Positions 40,105 to 50,633 of a stretch of DNA of 64,000 bases are shown in pieces (the stretch's first letter is position 1; each line of letters begins with the position of its first letter). The DNA is taken from the NCBI GenBank assembly GCA_963677495.2, contig CAXXOU010000004.1, positions 1,184,001-1,248,000 on the forward strand, given 5' to 3'. The stretch is from Candidatus Cloacimonadales bacterium. Lineage in GTDB: Bacteria; Cloacimonadota; Cloacimonadia; Cloacimonadales; JAFGVF01. A model generated the notes under the pieces. It made no database searches and was not told the origin of the DNA. It worked only from the letters and a program-made list of their open reading frames with translations. The position numbers were made by a program, and so were the translations under genes.

Positions 40105-41457
40105 ATGGAAAAAAAGAAGAGTATATTTTGCTGTAAGCAGTGCGGGTATGAGTCGGCAACATGGTTAGGAAAGTGTCCATCATGTGGAGAATGGAATAGT
40201 TTTACAACTGTAGACAGGATAGTTGGTAAGGGTGGTAAAACTAAACCTATAGTACAGACTACACAGAACCCACCAACCCGGTTGAAAAAAGTTTCAACTA
40301 CCAAAGGGAAACGCATTCGTTCTGGGAACAGTGAATTTGATGGTGTGCTAGGCGGTGGAATCGTTCCCGGAATGGTAACACTCCTAGGCGGAGAACCTGG
40401 AGTTGGTAAATCTACACTAATGATTCAGCTGGCAGAATGGATGTCACAACAGCAATTAAAGACTCTTTATATTTCAGGAGAAGAAAGTCCTTCACAGATA
40501 AAAGTAAGAACAGATAGATTGGAGCTTTCCGGTGAGAATATCACGCTATATTGTACTAATAATACTGAATCCATTATCGAAGAGATAAGCAATAATAAAC
40601 CGGACTTAGTTGTAATAGATTCGATTCAGTCAACCTATTCAGATAGAGTTGACAGCTTAGCAGGAAGTGTTTCTCAGTTACGTGAAAATGCTGCACGTTT
40701 TACAAGAGTAGCAAAAGAGCTTGATGTACCAATATTCATAATTGGGCATATAACAAAAGATGGAGCGGTTGCAGGTCCTAAGCTTATAGAACATGCAGTT
40801 GATACTGTTTTATACTTTGAAACTGACCCTCGTAACTTTTACAAAATACTTAGAACTACTAAGAACAGATTCGGTTCTACAAATGAGATCGGTATCTTCA
40901 AAATGGTCAACAAAGGTCTTGAATCTGTTGATAATCCTAACTTCGTATTCTTGAATGAAGATGAAAGGTCAGTTGGCACTTCAATCGGATGCATATTAGA
41001 AGGTAGTAGAGTATTTCTGGCTGAAGTGCAATCATTGATCAACAATTCCAGTTATGGTAATCCACAGCGTGTTGCCAATGGTTTTGATCATAAGAAACTT
41101 GCGCTTTATCTTGCTATTATTGAAAGGAACATGGGCATCTCTCTCAGGATGTCTGATGTGTTCATTAGCTTAATGGGTGGAATAAAAGTATCTGAACCGG
41201 GACTTGACCTTGCGATAATCGCATCTCTCCTATCAAGTTTTAAAGATGAACCAATACCGGGTAAGACAGTCTTTATCGGTGAGGTTAGTTTGGGTGGTTT
41301 AGTCCGCCCGGTTGGAATGATAGAGAAAAAGATAACTGAAGCTCAGAAGTTGGGCTTTGATAAGATATTTGTATCAAGTCGGTCAAAACTTTCTAAGAAG
41401 TATGACCAGGTAGTTAAAATAGAACATATAAATGGGATAATGAGAAACCTTTACTAA
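40105..41457 (+). CDS. radA: DNA repair protein RadA/Sms
   Basis: CKQCG..CPSC zinc finger, GEPGVGKST, KNRFG, Lon-like C-terminus. Confidence 0.96.
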   Translation: MEKKKSIFCCKQCGYESATWLGKCPSCGEWNSFTTVDRIVGKGGKTKPIVQTTQNPPTRLKKVSTTKGKRIRSGNSEFDGVLGGGIVPGMVTLLGGEPGVGKSTLMIQLAEWMSQQQLKTLYISGEESPSQIKVRTDRLELSGENITLYCTNNTESIIEEISNNKPDLVVIDSIQSTYSDRVDSLAGSVSQLRENAARFTRVAKELDVPIFIIGHITKDGAVAGPKLIEHAVDTVLYFETDPRNFYKILRTTKNRFGSTNEIGIFKMVNKGLESVDNPNFVFLNEDERSVGTSIGCILEGSRVFLAEVQSLINNSSYGNPQRVANGFDHKKLALYLAIIERNMGISLRMSDVFISLMGGIKVSEPGLDLAIIASLLSSFKDEPIPGKTVFIGEVSLGGLVRPVGMIEKKITEAQKLGFDKIFVSSRSKLSKKYDQVVKIEHINGIMRNLY

Positions 41458-42554
41458 TGAGAGAACAAGATTTAAAAACAGCTTTTAAAGAACTTAATGA
41501 GAAGTTCGTTCCAAAAACAATTGTAGCGGGATTTGACGGATTTATCGATGAGATTATCCATATTGTCGATACTTACACCGGAAAAGATACTTATAACAGA
41601 ATTGAGACAATTGCAGACTTTGCAGTAAAAGTAAGCCAAGCAGCCGGTTTAAGTGCTAACTTTGAATATAAAACAATCCAAAAGAAGCTTGGTGGTAATG
41701 GCCCAATCATAGCAAATGCTTTACTGTCACAAGGAAACAAGATTCACTATTATGGTGCATTAGGTCTAAAATCAATTGATCCAGTTTTCCAAAAGTTTGC
41801 TGATCATTGTGAGAGTGTTTCATCAATTGCTGACCCAGGATATACTGAAGCTCTAGAGTTTGCTGACGGAAAGCTCATGATGGGCAAAGTTGATTGTTTA
41901 AACCTTGTAAACTGGGATAATCTAGTTGAAGATATTACTTTAAATAGGATAACTGAAGTAATTAATAATTCAGAACTTATATGTTGCACTAATTGGACTA
42001 ATCTCTATAAAATGAATTCAATATTAGAGGGATTAGGAAACCTAGAATTAACTAAAAGAATCCCTTTATTTATTGATCTAGCAGACCCAAGAAAACGTTC
42101 AGTTGATGATATTAAAGGTGTTCTTAAGCTTATAAGTGAATTAGAATCTAAATATGAAGTAATCCTTGGTTTAAATGAGAAAGAATCAATCCTGATTTCA
42201 GAAGTATTGAGTGTTGAAACTGAAAACACTTTGAAAAGAAGTAAGAGAATTAGAGATGATCTGGAAATCACATGTTGCGTTATACATCCTGTAAAGTATG
42301 CAGTTGCATCAACAAAGCATGAATCGATACAAGTTGAGGGCCCATATTGTGCAAAGCCAAAGCTTTCAACCGGTGCCGGAGATAATTTCAATGCAGGTTT
42401 CAGTTGTGGGTTTATAAATGGACTTAGTCTCAAGTCATCACTTTACTTAGGCACGTGTACCTCAGGTTTTTACGTTAGAAATATGCATTCACCAAATATA
42501 GATGAATTAAGGAACTTTATAGAGCAATGGGCAAACAATAATGTAAGGGAGTAG
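41457..42554 (+). CDS. PfkB-family carbohydrate kinase
   Basis: LGGNGPI, STGAGDNFNAGF. Confidence 0.82.
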   Translation: MREQDLKTAFKELNEKFVPKTIVAGFDGFIDEIIHIVDTYTGKDTYNRIETIADFAVKVSQAAGLSANFEYKTIQKKLGGNGPIIANALLSQGNKIHYYGALGLKSIDPVFQKFADHCESVSSIADPGYTEALEFADGKLMMGKVDCLNLVNWDNLVEDITLNRITEVINNSELICCTNWTNLYKMNSILEGLGNLELTKRIPLFIDLADPRKRSVDDIKGVLKLISELESKYEVILGLNEKESILISEVLSVETENTLKRSKRIRDDLEITCCVIHPVKYAVASTKHESIQVEGPYCAKPKLSTGAGDNFNAGFSCGFINGLSLKSSLYLGTCTSGFYVRNMHSPNIDELRNFIEQWANNNVRE

Positions 42555-42556
42555 AG

Positions 42557-44449
42557 ATGGACCAGTTGCAGAAGCAAAGGATAATTGATAGTTTAAGGAG
42601 TTTAGGCAGGGATAGAGAGTTTCGCAAGATGGTTTCTCAAACTTTAGAATACTTAAAGAAACCTGAAGTAATAACAGATAGTGATTTTACATTGAAGCTT
42701 TACCGTATTATTGCCGGTGGTTATTTCTATCTTGCAAAGTATCATGAAGCAATGGACTATTATAATAAAATTCATGCACTCTCAATAACTACAGGAACTG
42801 ATTTAGACATTGCATCTGCTTTTATGGGCATAGGTGGTTGTTACTTTCACTTGAATGATATTGCTAAAGCAGAAGAGTATATGCTTAAAGCAAAACCATT
42901 ATACGAAACAGAACCGGATAATCAAAATCTATGCAATATCTATAACTGGCTAGGCTGCATTTATAACGAGCAAAAGAAGTTATACCAGTCTTTAGACATG
43001 AACATTAAAGCATTAAAGCAAGCTGAGAGACTTAATTTCACAGATACTGTAGAGACCTCTAGTATTGGTGTTGCTCTTACTTTTTTCTACATCGGAGATG
43101 TTAAAAAAGCTCTGGAATATATAAGAAAGGCAGAAGAAACTAACAAAGTCACAAATAATCGAGGAGCTTTAGCTGATATATATAATAATTACGGTATCTT
43201 TTATAAAGAGCTTAAGGAGTTTGGAAAAGCTGTAAAGTATTATCGAAAAGCTTTAGAACTCAGGTTATCTTTGTTTCCGGATGACTACATGAGAATTGGA
43301 CACACCTATGCTAATTTGGCAGCTACAGAGATAAGCTATGGTGATTTAGAATCTGCTAAGAAGAATATTGAAATCGCTTTGGAAAACTACAAGCATCTGT
43401 TGAATAGCGAAGAATTGATTCAAAGCTTGATAATCCATAAAGCACTAATTTCATATCATGAGAAAGATATTAATTCTCTAAAAGAGAACCTTGATCAATA
43501 TGAAAGTTATTATGATGAGTTCAATATTCATAGCGATAAAAAAATGTATTTGATGTTAAAAAGCAGCTATTATGAATCAACAGGGAACTTTAAACAAGCT
43601 TTACAGTATCATGTAGATTATTCTGAAGTACAACAATCTGAATCCACAAAGTACCATCAAAAAGTGATAGATGATATGGAGATGAGAATCGATTATGAAA
43701 AGAGCAAAGCTAGGGCCGAAATATATAAATTAAGAAATGATGAATTGGCAGTTGCCTTAGAAACAAGAGATAAGCTTTTTTCGGTTATAGCTCATGATTT
43801 AAGAGGCCCAGTTTCAAACGTAATTGAGATTATGAGGTTTTACAAAGAAAGTCCTGAATTAATGAATCCGGACGAGTTCGATTCAGTCTTTAATGAATTA
43901 TATTGTTCGGCATCCAATGCTTATACTTTGCTTCAGAATCTGCTCTCATGGGCTAGAACACAAATGAAACAACTTACCCCTGTAAAAACTCCACTTAATA
44001 TCCCTAAGTTAGCAGAAGATGTACTAAAGCAAGTTGCTTATCAGATTGAAAAGAAAGAATTAAAGATAGAAAAAAGCATAAACTGTACAAGCCAAGCGTA
44101 TGGCGATAAAAATATGATCGATTTCATTGTGAGAAATCTACTTACAAACGCAATAAAATTCTCAAAACCAAAAGGTATAATTAGCTTTAGTACACATTGT
44201 GATAACGATAGAGTATATGTAAACATTAAAGATGAAGGGGTCGGAATACCAAAAGACAAATTAGTAAATATTTTTAAAGTCATGAGCAACAAATCAACAC
44301 GTGGCACACACAATGAGCAAGGATCCGGTCTTGCATTAGTCTTATGTAAAGACTTTATCGATCTAAATGATGGTAATATAGAGGCTGAAAGTGAAGTTGG
44401 TCAGGGAACTAGCTTCAAGGTAATTCTTCCAACGTATAAGGATTCTTAG
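42557..44449 (+). CDS. TPR-repeat sensor histidine kinase
   Basis: TPR repeats, IAHDLRGP, RNLLTNAIKFS, DEGVG, GSGLAL. Confidence 0.9.
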   Translation: MDQLQKQRIIDSLRSLGRDREFRKMVSQTLEYLKKPEVITDSDFTLKLYRIIAGGYFYLAKYHEAMDYYNKIHALSITTGTDLDIASAFMGIGGCYFHLNDIAKAEEYMLKAKPLYETEPDNQNLCNIYNWLGCIYNEQKKLYQSLDMNIKALKQAERLNFTDTVETSSIGVALTFFYIGDVKKALEYIRKAEETNKVTNNRGALADIYNNYGIFYKELKEFGKAVKYYRKALELRLSLFPDDYMRIGHTYANLAATEISYGDLESAKKNIEIALENYKHLLNSEELIQSLIIHKALISYHEKDINSLKENLDQYESYYDEFNIHSDKKMYLMLKSSYYESTGNFKQALQYHVDYSEVQQSESTKYHQKVIDDMEMRIDYEKSKARAEIYKLRNDELAVALETRDKLFSVIAHDLRGPVSNVIEIMRFYKESPELMNPDEFDSVFNELYCSASNAYTLLQNLLSWARTQMKQLTPVKTPLNIPKLAEDVLKQVAYQIEKKELKIEKSINCTSQAYGDKNMIDFIVRNLLTNAIKFSKPKGIISFSTHCDNDRVYVNIKDEGVGIPKDKLVNIFKVMSNKSTRGTHNEQGSGLALVLCKDFIDLNDGNIEAESEVGQGTSFKVILPTYKDS

Positions 44450-44521
44450 CTATTTCTTTTATTTACTTGCCAATTGTGTTTACCTGTAAAAGATTGAAAA
44501 CAAAAAATTAGGAAACAATAT

Positions 44522-44974
44522 ATGGGACTTAGACGTTTAGCTAGAGAGTTGGCATTAAAAGCTCTTTATTCTTATGAATTTCAAGATGAAAGTGTAGAGA
44601 CTGATTATTATAGACTATACAATGAATTGAACACTCATTTAGTCAATATTGCACAAACAGAACACGATCATGATAAACATCACACTTCAGAGAAATCTAT
44701 TGAGTTTGCAGCTCAAATCTTAAAAGCTCTTATTTTCAATATGGCTGATGTTGATGAAGTTATAAACAATCAAAGTGACAACTGGTCAATTGAACGACTT
44801 GCAGTTATTGATAGAGAGATTCTTAGAGTTGCAGTAAGTGAGATGAAATATTTGGATACACCACATCCAATAATCATCAACGAAGCGATTGAGATTGCTA
44901 AAAAATATAGTACAGAGAATTCAGGTAAGTTTGTTAATGGTATTCTTGATGCAATTAGTGGAGAACTAAAATAG
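44522..44974 (+). CDS. nusB: Transcription antitermination factor NusB
   Basis: RRLARELALKALY, IDREILR, INEAIEIAKKYS, FVNGILD. Confidence 0.95.
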   Translation: MGLRRLARELALKALYSYEFQDESVETDYYRLYNELNTHLVNIAQTEHDHDKHHTSEKSIEFAAQILKALIFNMADVDEVINNQSDNWSIERLAVIDREILRVAVSEMKYLDTPHPIIINEAIEIAKKYSTENSGKFVNGILDAISGELK

Positions 44975-44976
44975 TA

Positions 44977-45870
44977 ATGACTCCCCTATTCTGTAGCGTA
45001 GGTGTTTTTGCCTATAATGAAGAGAAGAATATTGCTAAACTCTTAGATGCTTTGCTCAATCAGAAGCTCCAAAAAGTAGAAATCACAGAGATAATTGTGG
45101 TATCCAGTGCATGTACTGATTCTACTGATGATATTGTTAAAAGCTATTGTAAGTCATACCCCACAGTTAAGTTGATTCAAGAGAAACAACGGAACGGCAA
45201 ATCAGCATCCATAAACAGATTTATTAAAGAATCCTGTAATGAGTTTTTAGTAATAGAAAGTGCCGACACAATACCTGCACCTAATACAATAGAGCTACTT
45301 GTCTCAGCTTTTCTTGATCCCAAAGTAGGTATGACAGGTGGAAGACCAAAACCTGAGAACAGTAAGTGTACATTTATAGGATACGCCGTTAATTTGCTTT
45401 GGTCACTGCATCACAAAATGGCTTTGATCAGTCCTAAATTGGGTGAAATGATAGCTTTTCGAAAAGTGTTTAAGTCAATTCCTGCGGAAAGTGCGGTTGA
45501 CGAAGCTAGTATTGAAGCTCAAATTAGAGAACAAGATTTAGAAATCAAATATATTCCTAATGCAACAATTCACAACAAAGGACCTGAGGTTCTTTCTGAT
45601 TTCGTCCTCCAAAGACGTCGTATAGAAGCAGGACACATTTGGCTCAAAGATAATCAGTCTTATAAAGTATCATCTCAAAGTAGTACAATCCTTGCAAAAC
45701 TAGCCCTTTCTGAACTAATAAACCATCCGGGAGATATACATAGGTTCACCGGAGTGGTTTTACTTGAAATTTACTGCCGAATACTAGGCAGATATGATTA
45801 TTACATAAAAAGGAAAAATCCTTTCATATGGGATATAGCCGATTCTACAAAGGATTTAAAACATAAATAA
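44977..45870 (+). CDS. GT2-family glycosyltransferase
   Basis: FAYNEEKNI, CTDST, GK, SADT, VDE, QRRR. Confidence 0.85.
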   Translation: MTPLFCSVGVFAYNEEKNIAKLLDALLNQKLQKVEITEIIVVSSACTDSTDDIVKSYCKSYPTVKLIQEKQRNGKSASINRFIKESCNEFLVIESADTIPAPNTIELLVSAFLDPKVGMTGGRPKPENSKCTFIGYAVNLLWSLHHKMALISPKLGEMIAFRKVFKSIPAESAVDEASIEAQIREQDLEIKYIPNATIHNKGPEVLSDFVLQRRRIEAGHIWLKDNQSYKVSSQSSTILAKLALSELINHPGDIHRFTGVVLLEIYCRILGRYDYYIKRKNPFIWDIADSTKDLKHK

Positions 45871-45871
45871 T

Positions 45872-46954
45872 ATGATTTTACTATATTTAAGAACTTTACT
45901 TTACAAACTATTTTATAGATTTGGTTTTCCAAGATTACTTCCCATGAATTACACGATCAGCCTTCTTTACAGTTGTAATTCTAGATGCTCTACTTGTAAC
46001 ATATGGAAGAAGTCAGCAAACAACATGACAGCATCAGAGTATGGACGTTTATTCAAATCTGTTGGTAAATCACCATATTGGATTACATTCAGCGGTGGAG
46101 AACCATTCTTGCGTCGTGATATTGTTAAAGTAGTTACAACTATTTATCATGCCTCCAAACCTAAGATAATGAATTTTCCAAGCAATGGTATATTAACAAA
46201 AAAGATTGTTAATGACATCAAGAACATCTGTAGAGCCTGTCCAAAATCCCAGATTATAGTTAATTTATCAATTGATGGGATTGAGGAGGAGCATGATAGA
46301 ATTCGTAATGTTGAAGGTAATTATAAGAACGTAATCAAAACCTATAAACGACTAAAAGCACTCAATTACAAGAATCTTCAAATTGGTATACATACTGTCA
46401 TTTCCAGGTTCAATGTACATAACTTTGCTGCTATTGCCAGCCATATGATTGATCTTAAACCTGATTCATATATCACTGAGATTGCAGAAGAACGGCATGA
46501 ACTTGATACTATGAATAGTAATATCACTCCTACATTATTGCAATATAAATCTGCTATTGATTTCTTAATCCACAGAATCAAGAATGGAGAATACAAAGGC
46601 ATGAGTAAAATAACTCAAGCCTTTAGGATTGAATACTATACTTTAGTAAAAGAGATTCTCAGAGATAAAAAGCAAGTAATTCCATGTTATTCAGGTGTTA
46701 GTTCAGTTCAGATTTCTCCAGAAGGTGACGTTTGGTCTTGCTGTATCAAAGCTGAATCTATGGGTAACTTAAGAGAGAATGATTACAAGCTTAAACGCAT
46801 TTGGTTTAATCAGAATTTTAAAAAGGAAAGACAATCAATCAAAAATTTGGAATGCTGGTGCCCACTTGCAAATGCCTCATATACTAACATGCTTATGAAC
46901 TTCGATACACTTGTAAGGGTTTTTTATAGAGCATTTATTAAATGGTATAGTTAG
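45872..46954 (+). CDS. Radical SAM protein with SPASM/twitch-like C-terminus
   Basis: CNSRCSTC, SGGEP, PCYSG..WSCC..ECWCP. Confidence 0.88.
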   Translation: MILLYLRTLLYKLFYRFGFPRLLPMNYTISLLYSCNSRCSTCNIWKKSANNMTASEYGRLFKSVGKSPYWITFSGGEPFLRRDIVKVVTTIYHASKPKIMNFPSNGILTKKIVNDIKNICRACPKSQIIVNLSIDGIEEEHDRIRNVEGNYKNVIKTYKRLKALNYKNLQIGIHTVISRFNVHNFAAIASHMIDLKPDSYITEIAEERHELDTMNSNITPTLLQYKSAIDFLIHRIKNGEYKGMSKITQAFRIEYYTLVKEILRDKKQVIPCYSGVSSVQISPEGDVWSCCIKAESMGNLRENDYKLKRIWFNQNFKKERQSIKNLECWCPLANASYTNMLMNFDTLVRVFYRAFIKWYS

Positions 46955-46962
46955 GAGGCTGT

Positions 46963-48387
46963 TTGACACAAGTTGAATTCATAAAGTCTACCAACGATAG
47001 TAATTTAGGATTTACTGATTATTTTCCAAACTCAGAGAATAGTTTCTTCTTACTTACCTATAATCTTAAAGACTCACCGTTTTTAAAATCTGTCAATGCA
47101 TTCATACTCGAAGAGGTATTGAAACTAAAGCCAAATAGTATTCCGGAATTGGAAATAAAATCAACCTTTGTTGAATTCTTCAATGATTTAAACTGGAAAG
47201 TGAATGCTATGTTCAACAAAGCTGGTGAAGAGCATAAAGGGCTTTCGCTTTTCTTTGCTGTTAAGCGGTCTAACAGACTTTACTTCGTACAATTTGGTAG
47301 ATTAGCATGTGGTTTACTTCGAGGGGATGAATTTAAGGAGATTGGACTTAGTTGGTCGATTTATCCGATTGCAACTGTTGAATCTCTAAAACAACTTGGT
47401 TCACAACAGGATGATATTCCTGTTAATGTATATGAGATTTCAATTGTTACTTCGAGTACTTTCTTTACTTTCCCATCTAAACTAATTCCAATGATTCAGG
47501 AAAGTGTTAAAAATGGACCTAATGAGATTCTAACTACTCTCATTGCTGCTGAAGAAGACGTTAAACACTTTTTCTTCTTCTCAAAGTTACCCGAAAGATT
47601 CATTAAACCTTTAAAGTTCTTCCAAGGTCATTCTTTTAGAACTAGTGCAATTGCCTTTGGCATTATAATCCTGATAACGATACTGTATTATTTCTTCGGG
47701 GATAATATAGTTGAGCAGATAGGCTTCAAGACGGAAGAAACCTTAACTAGCCACAACATTCTTTTCGAGTTAAAGAACCTTACTGACTCAATCAACAATC
47801 CGGAGCTTGAAAAGCAACTTGCTAAATATGTTTATTCACCTGCAAAAGATGTAAGTCTTAAGCTAATCTGGCAAGGTCAATTTACGCATGATATAACTCA
47901 TTCTCCCCTATTTGATTTAAACAATATTTACCTGATTATAGGTAATAATATAGCCGCAGTCTCCAAACGTGATAAAGAAGTAGTGTGGCAGAAAAGCTTG
48001 AATTCAGTCATTAAGCATGCTGAATCTGTTGAGAATAACCTTCTTATTCACGGTTCAAACAAAGATGTTATGCTATTGAACTCTAAAGGTGAAATCATTT
48101 GGCAAAATTCACTTGGATCTCAACTCTCTGAACCAATTCAATATGGACACTCATCTGTCACCATAACTAGGAAAGAGGATAAAAGATTAAATAGCGGACT
48201 CATGGTTTCAAGTCAAAGTGACCGGATCAACATCTTCAGTTTAATCACAGGAGATATTATACATACAATAAGTTTTAACGATACTCAGGTTAAGTATATA
48301 AGTGATTATGATTCCATAAACAACTGTTTTTACGCAGTTGTCGGGCAAAACATGGTAATCCTTAAACTTCAGATAAAAGGTTGGTAA
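46963..48387 (+). CDS. Membrane protein with a degenerate PP2C-like N-terminus and PQQ-like beta-propeller
   Basis: TTG start with AGGAGG RBS; central TM helix; repeats VVWQK and GEIIWQN. Confidence 0.65.
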   Translation: MTQVEFIKSTNDSNLGFTDYFPNSENSFFLLTYNLKDSPFLKSVNAFILEEVLKLKPNSIPELEIKSTFVEFFNDLNWKVNAMFNKAGEEHKGLSLFFAVKRSNRLYFVQFGRLACGLLRGDEFKEIGLSWSIYPIATVESLKQLGSQQDDIPVNVYEISIVTSSTFFTFPSKLIPMIQESVKNGPNEILTTLIAAEEDVKHFFFFSKLPERFIKPLKFFQGHSFRTSAIAFGIIILITILYYFFGDNIVEQIGFKTEETLTSHNILFELKNLTDSINNPELEKQLAKYVYSPAKDVSLKLIWQGQFTHDITHSPLFDLNNIYLIIGNNIAAVSKRDKEVVWQKSLNSVIKHAESVENNLLIHGSNKDVMLLNSKGEIIWQNSLGSQLSEPIQYGHSSVTITRKEDKRLNSGLMVSSQSDRINIFSLITGDIIHTISFNDTQVKYISDYDSINNCFYAVVGQNMVILKLQIKGW

Positions 48388-48388
48388 A

Positions 48389-49549
48389 ATGGCTGTTTTT
48401 AGAATGAAGAATACAATCCAAGACTATGACTGGGGTACTACATACTTCATTCCGGAACTTGTTAAATATGACAACCGGAATTCGAAACCTTGTGCAGAGC
48501 TCTGGATGGGTGCTCATCCAAAAGCACCTTCACAGATCTCAGTTAATGACAATGAACTAGCGTTAAACAGTTTTATTGATTCCTCTCCAGAACTGATATT
48601 AGGTTCGCATGCTGTTTCGGTTTATGATAAGAAATTACCATTCTTGTTTAAAGTCCTTAGTGCTTCAAAGGCCCTTTCTATTCAAGCTCATCCAAACAAG
48701 TTACAAGCAATGACTGGATTCAATAGAGAGAATGAGTTAGGTATAGAGCTAACTGACCGAAATAGGAATTATAAAGATAACAACCACAAACCTGAGTTAA
48801 TGCTCGCTCTTACTCCCTTCACTGCAATGTGTGGATTTAGGGCAATTGCTGAGATAGAGTTCTTGTTTGAGTTATTAGAGATCTCAGAATTATTCCCCGG
48901 TATCAAGAAAGGTTATAGAGAATTCTTCTCCGATTACCTCCGCTTAGATGATTCGTTTATAAATGAAATGCTACTAGATAGAATCAAAGCAAAGCTTTCA
49001 TCTAGTATTCAGGCTAATAAGATTCTAACATGGTGCCTTAAACTTCATGAACAATTTGGCAATCATATAGGTATCTTAGCTCCCTTGTTTTTGAATATCA
49101 TCAAGCTTAATCCCGGCGAAGCAATTTATCTGGAAGCAGGGATTCTTCATGCGTATCTGGAAGGGTCAGGTTTGGAGATTATGGCAAATTCAGATAATGT
49201 TCTTCGTGCAGGATTGACATCCAAGCATATCGATAAAGAGGAGATATTTAATGTTCTCAGGTTCGAGCACACTCCAATAGCTTTAGTCGATCCATGTTTA
49301 TCTGAGAATGGTGAGATAGTATATCAGACCGGTGCTAATGAGTTCGAGATATCCAAATTAGAGATAAATAATAAGACAGTTACTGCAAGTTGTTCCAGTG
49401 CTGAGATATTGTTATGTACTTCGGGCAAATGCAGTGTGAATGGGGTAGAACTAATCCAAGGTCAAACAGTTTTTGTAACTGCTGAAGAATCAGAAATCAA
49501 TATCACAGGGGAAGGTACTATTTTTAGAGCTAAGACTCCTTTAATCTAG
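48389..49549 (+). CDS. manA: Mannose-6-phosphate isomerase, type I
   Basis: YDWG, AELWMGAHP, LSIQAHP, NHKPE, HAYLEG, NSDNVLRAGLT. Confidence 0.96.
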   Translation: MAVFRMKNTIQDYDWGTTYFIPELVKYDNRNSKPCAELWMGAHPKAPSQISVNDNELALNSFIDSSPELILGSHAVSVYDKKLPFLFKVLSASKALSIQAHPNKLQAMTGFNRENELGIELTDRNRNYKDNNHKPELMLALTPFTAMCGFRAIAEIEFLFELLEISELFPGIKKGYREFFSDYLRLDDSFINEMLLDRIKAKLSSSIQANKILTWCLKLHEQFGNHIGILAPLFLNIIKLNPGEAIYLEAGILHAYLEGSGLEIMANSDNVLRAGLTSKHIDKEEIFNVLRFEHTPIALVDPCLSENGEIVYQTGANEFEISKLEINNKTVTASCSSAEILLCTSGKCSVNGVELIQGQTVFVTAEESEINITGEGTIFRAKTPLI

Positions 49550-50476
49550 CTAAAAGAACTTCCTCTTAATAAATATAAACACAACTATAAGCGATAGTCC
49601 AATTGAGATAAGAGTCAAAAACGTAAAGGCATGTGGTGATCCTGCTATCGGAAGCTTTATGTTCATGCCATAGAAACTGGCAATCAAAGTTGGAAGCATC
49701 AAAACTATTGTGATTGAAGTTAAGAACTTCATTACAACATTCAAGTTGTTAGATATCATCGAAGAGAACGCATTCATGGAATTACTCACAATCTTCGCAT
49801 ATATACTCGCCATCGCTATTGCCTGTTTATTTTCTACAATCACGTCATCAAGTAAATCATCAGCTTCTGAATCTTCAAGTAACCACCTTGATCTTGAAAA
49901 CTTCTCATGCATTATCTCATTTGAGCGTAATGATGTATTAAAATAAACAAGACATTTCTCAACAAACATGAGCTTAGTTAGATCTTCATTCTTCAGTGTT
50001 TGATGTAGTTTCCTCTCAAGCTCATTCATATCTTTATTTATCTCTTTCAGATAGTTCAAAAACTTTACTGAGTTTCTTAACATTATCTGGAGCACAAACT
50101 TCTGAGGGGTTATATCAAATGGCCTATGGGTTCCTTTAGTAAAACGCCCCAATATTGATGGTTCCTCTTTGCATATGGTCATAACTCTGTTGTGAGTTAT
50201 CACAATACCCATGGGAATTGTTTTAAATGGTGAGACATCATCATCTGTTCGAACCGGAATTCTAAGGATAATGAGAATGTTGCCATCTTCATATTCCACA
50301 CGAGAATTCTCATCTGCATCTAAAGGGTCGGTAATGAAGTCTAAAGGCACTTCATGCTCCTTCTCCATAAAGATAATCTCATAATTTGATGGATTCGTCA
50401 CATGTACCCAAAAGCAATCATCCAATTTATTCTGTTCAACTAAACTACGATCTTCTATCCCGAAATATCTGACCAT
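49550..50476 (-). CDS. corA: CorA-family Mg2+ transporter
   Basis: NLNVVMKFLT, PTLIASFYGMN. Confidence 0.92.
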   Translation of the reverse strand: MVRYFGIEDRSLVEQNKLDDCFWVHVTNPSNYEIIFMEKEHEVPLDFITDPLDADENSRVEYEDGNILIILRIPVRTDDDVSPFKTIPMGIVITHNRVMTICKEEPSILGRFTKGTHRPFDITPQKFVLQIMLRNSVKFLNYLKEINKDMNELERKLHQTLKNEDLTKLMFVEKCLVYFNTSLRSNEIMHEKFSRSRWLLEDSEADDLLDDVIVENKQAIAMASIYAKIVSNSMNAFSSMISNNLNVVMKFLTSITIVLMLPTLIASFYGMNIKLPIAGSPHAFTFLTLISIGLSLIVVFIFIKRKFF

Positions 50477-50633
50477 ATTAACTTCCCTGCACTGTTTTTT
50501 TGCAATTAAATAGCTTGAAACATTCTAGTCAATTATAAATAGCTCGAATAAAGTATCTTGTTTCTCTCTTTCATAAACTTCAAGTTAAATAAAATCAGAC
50601 AGAATCTACTGAAAACTTCTATAAATAATAAAT

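Noticed and set aside
44640..44700. His-rich patch in NusB (EHDHDKHH)
   Set aside because: It lies in a variable loop and is too short to support a metal-binding claim.
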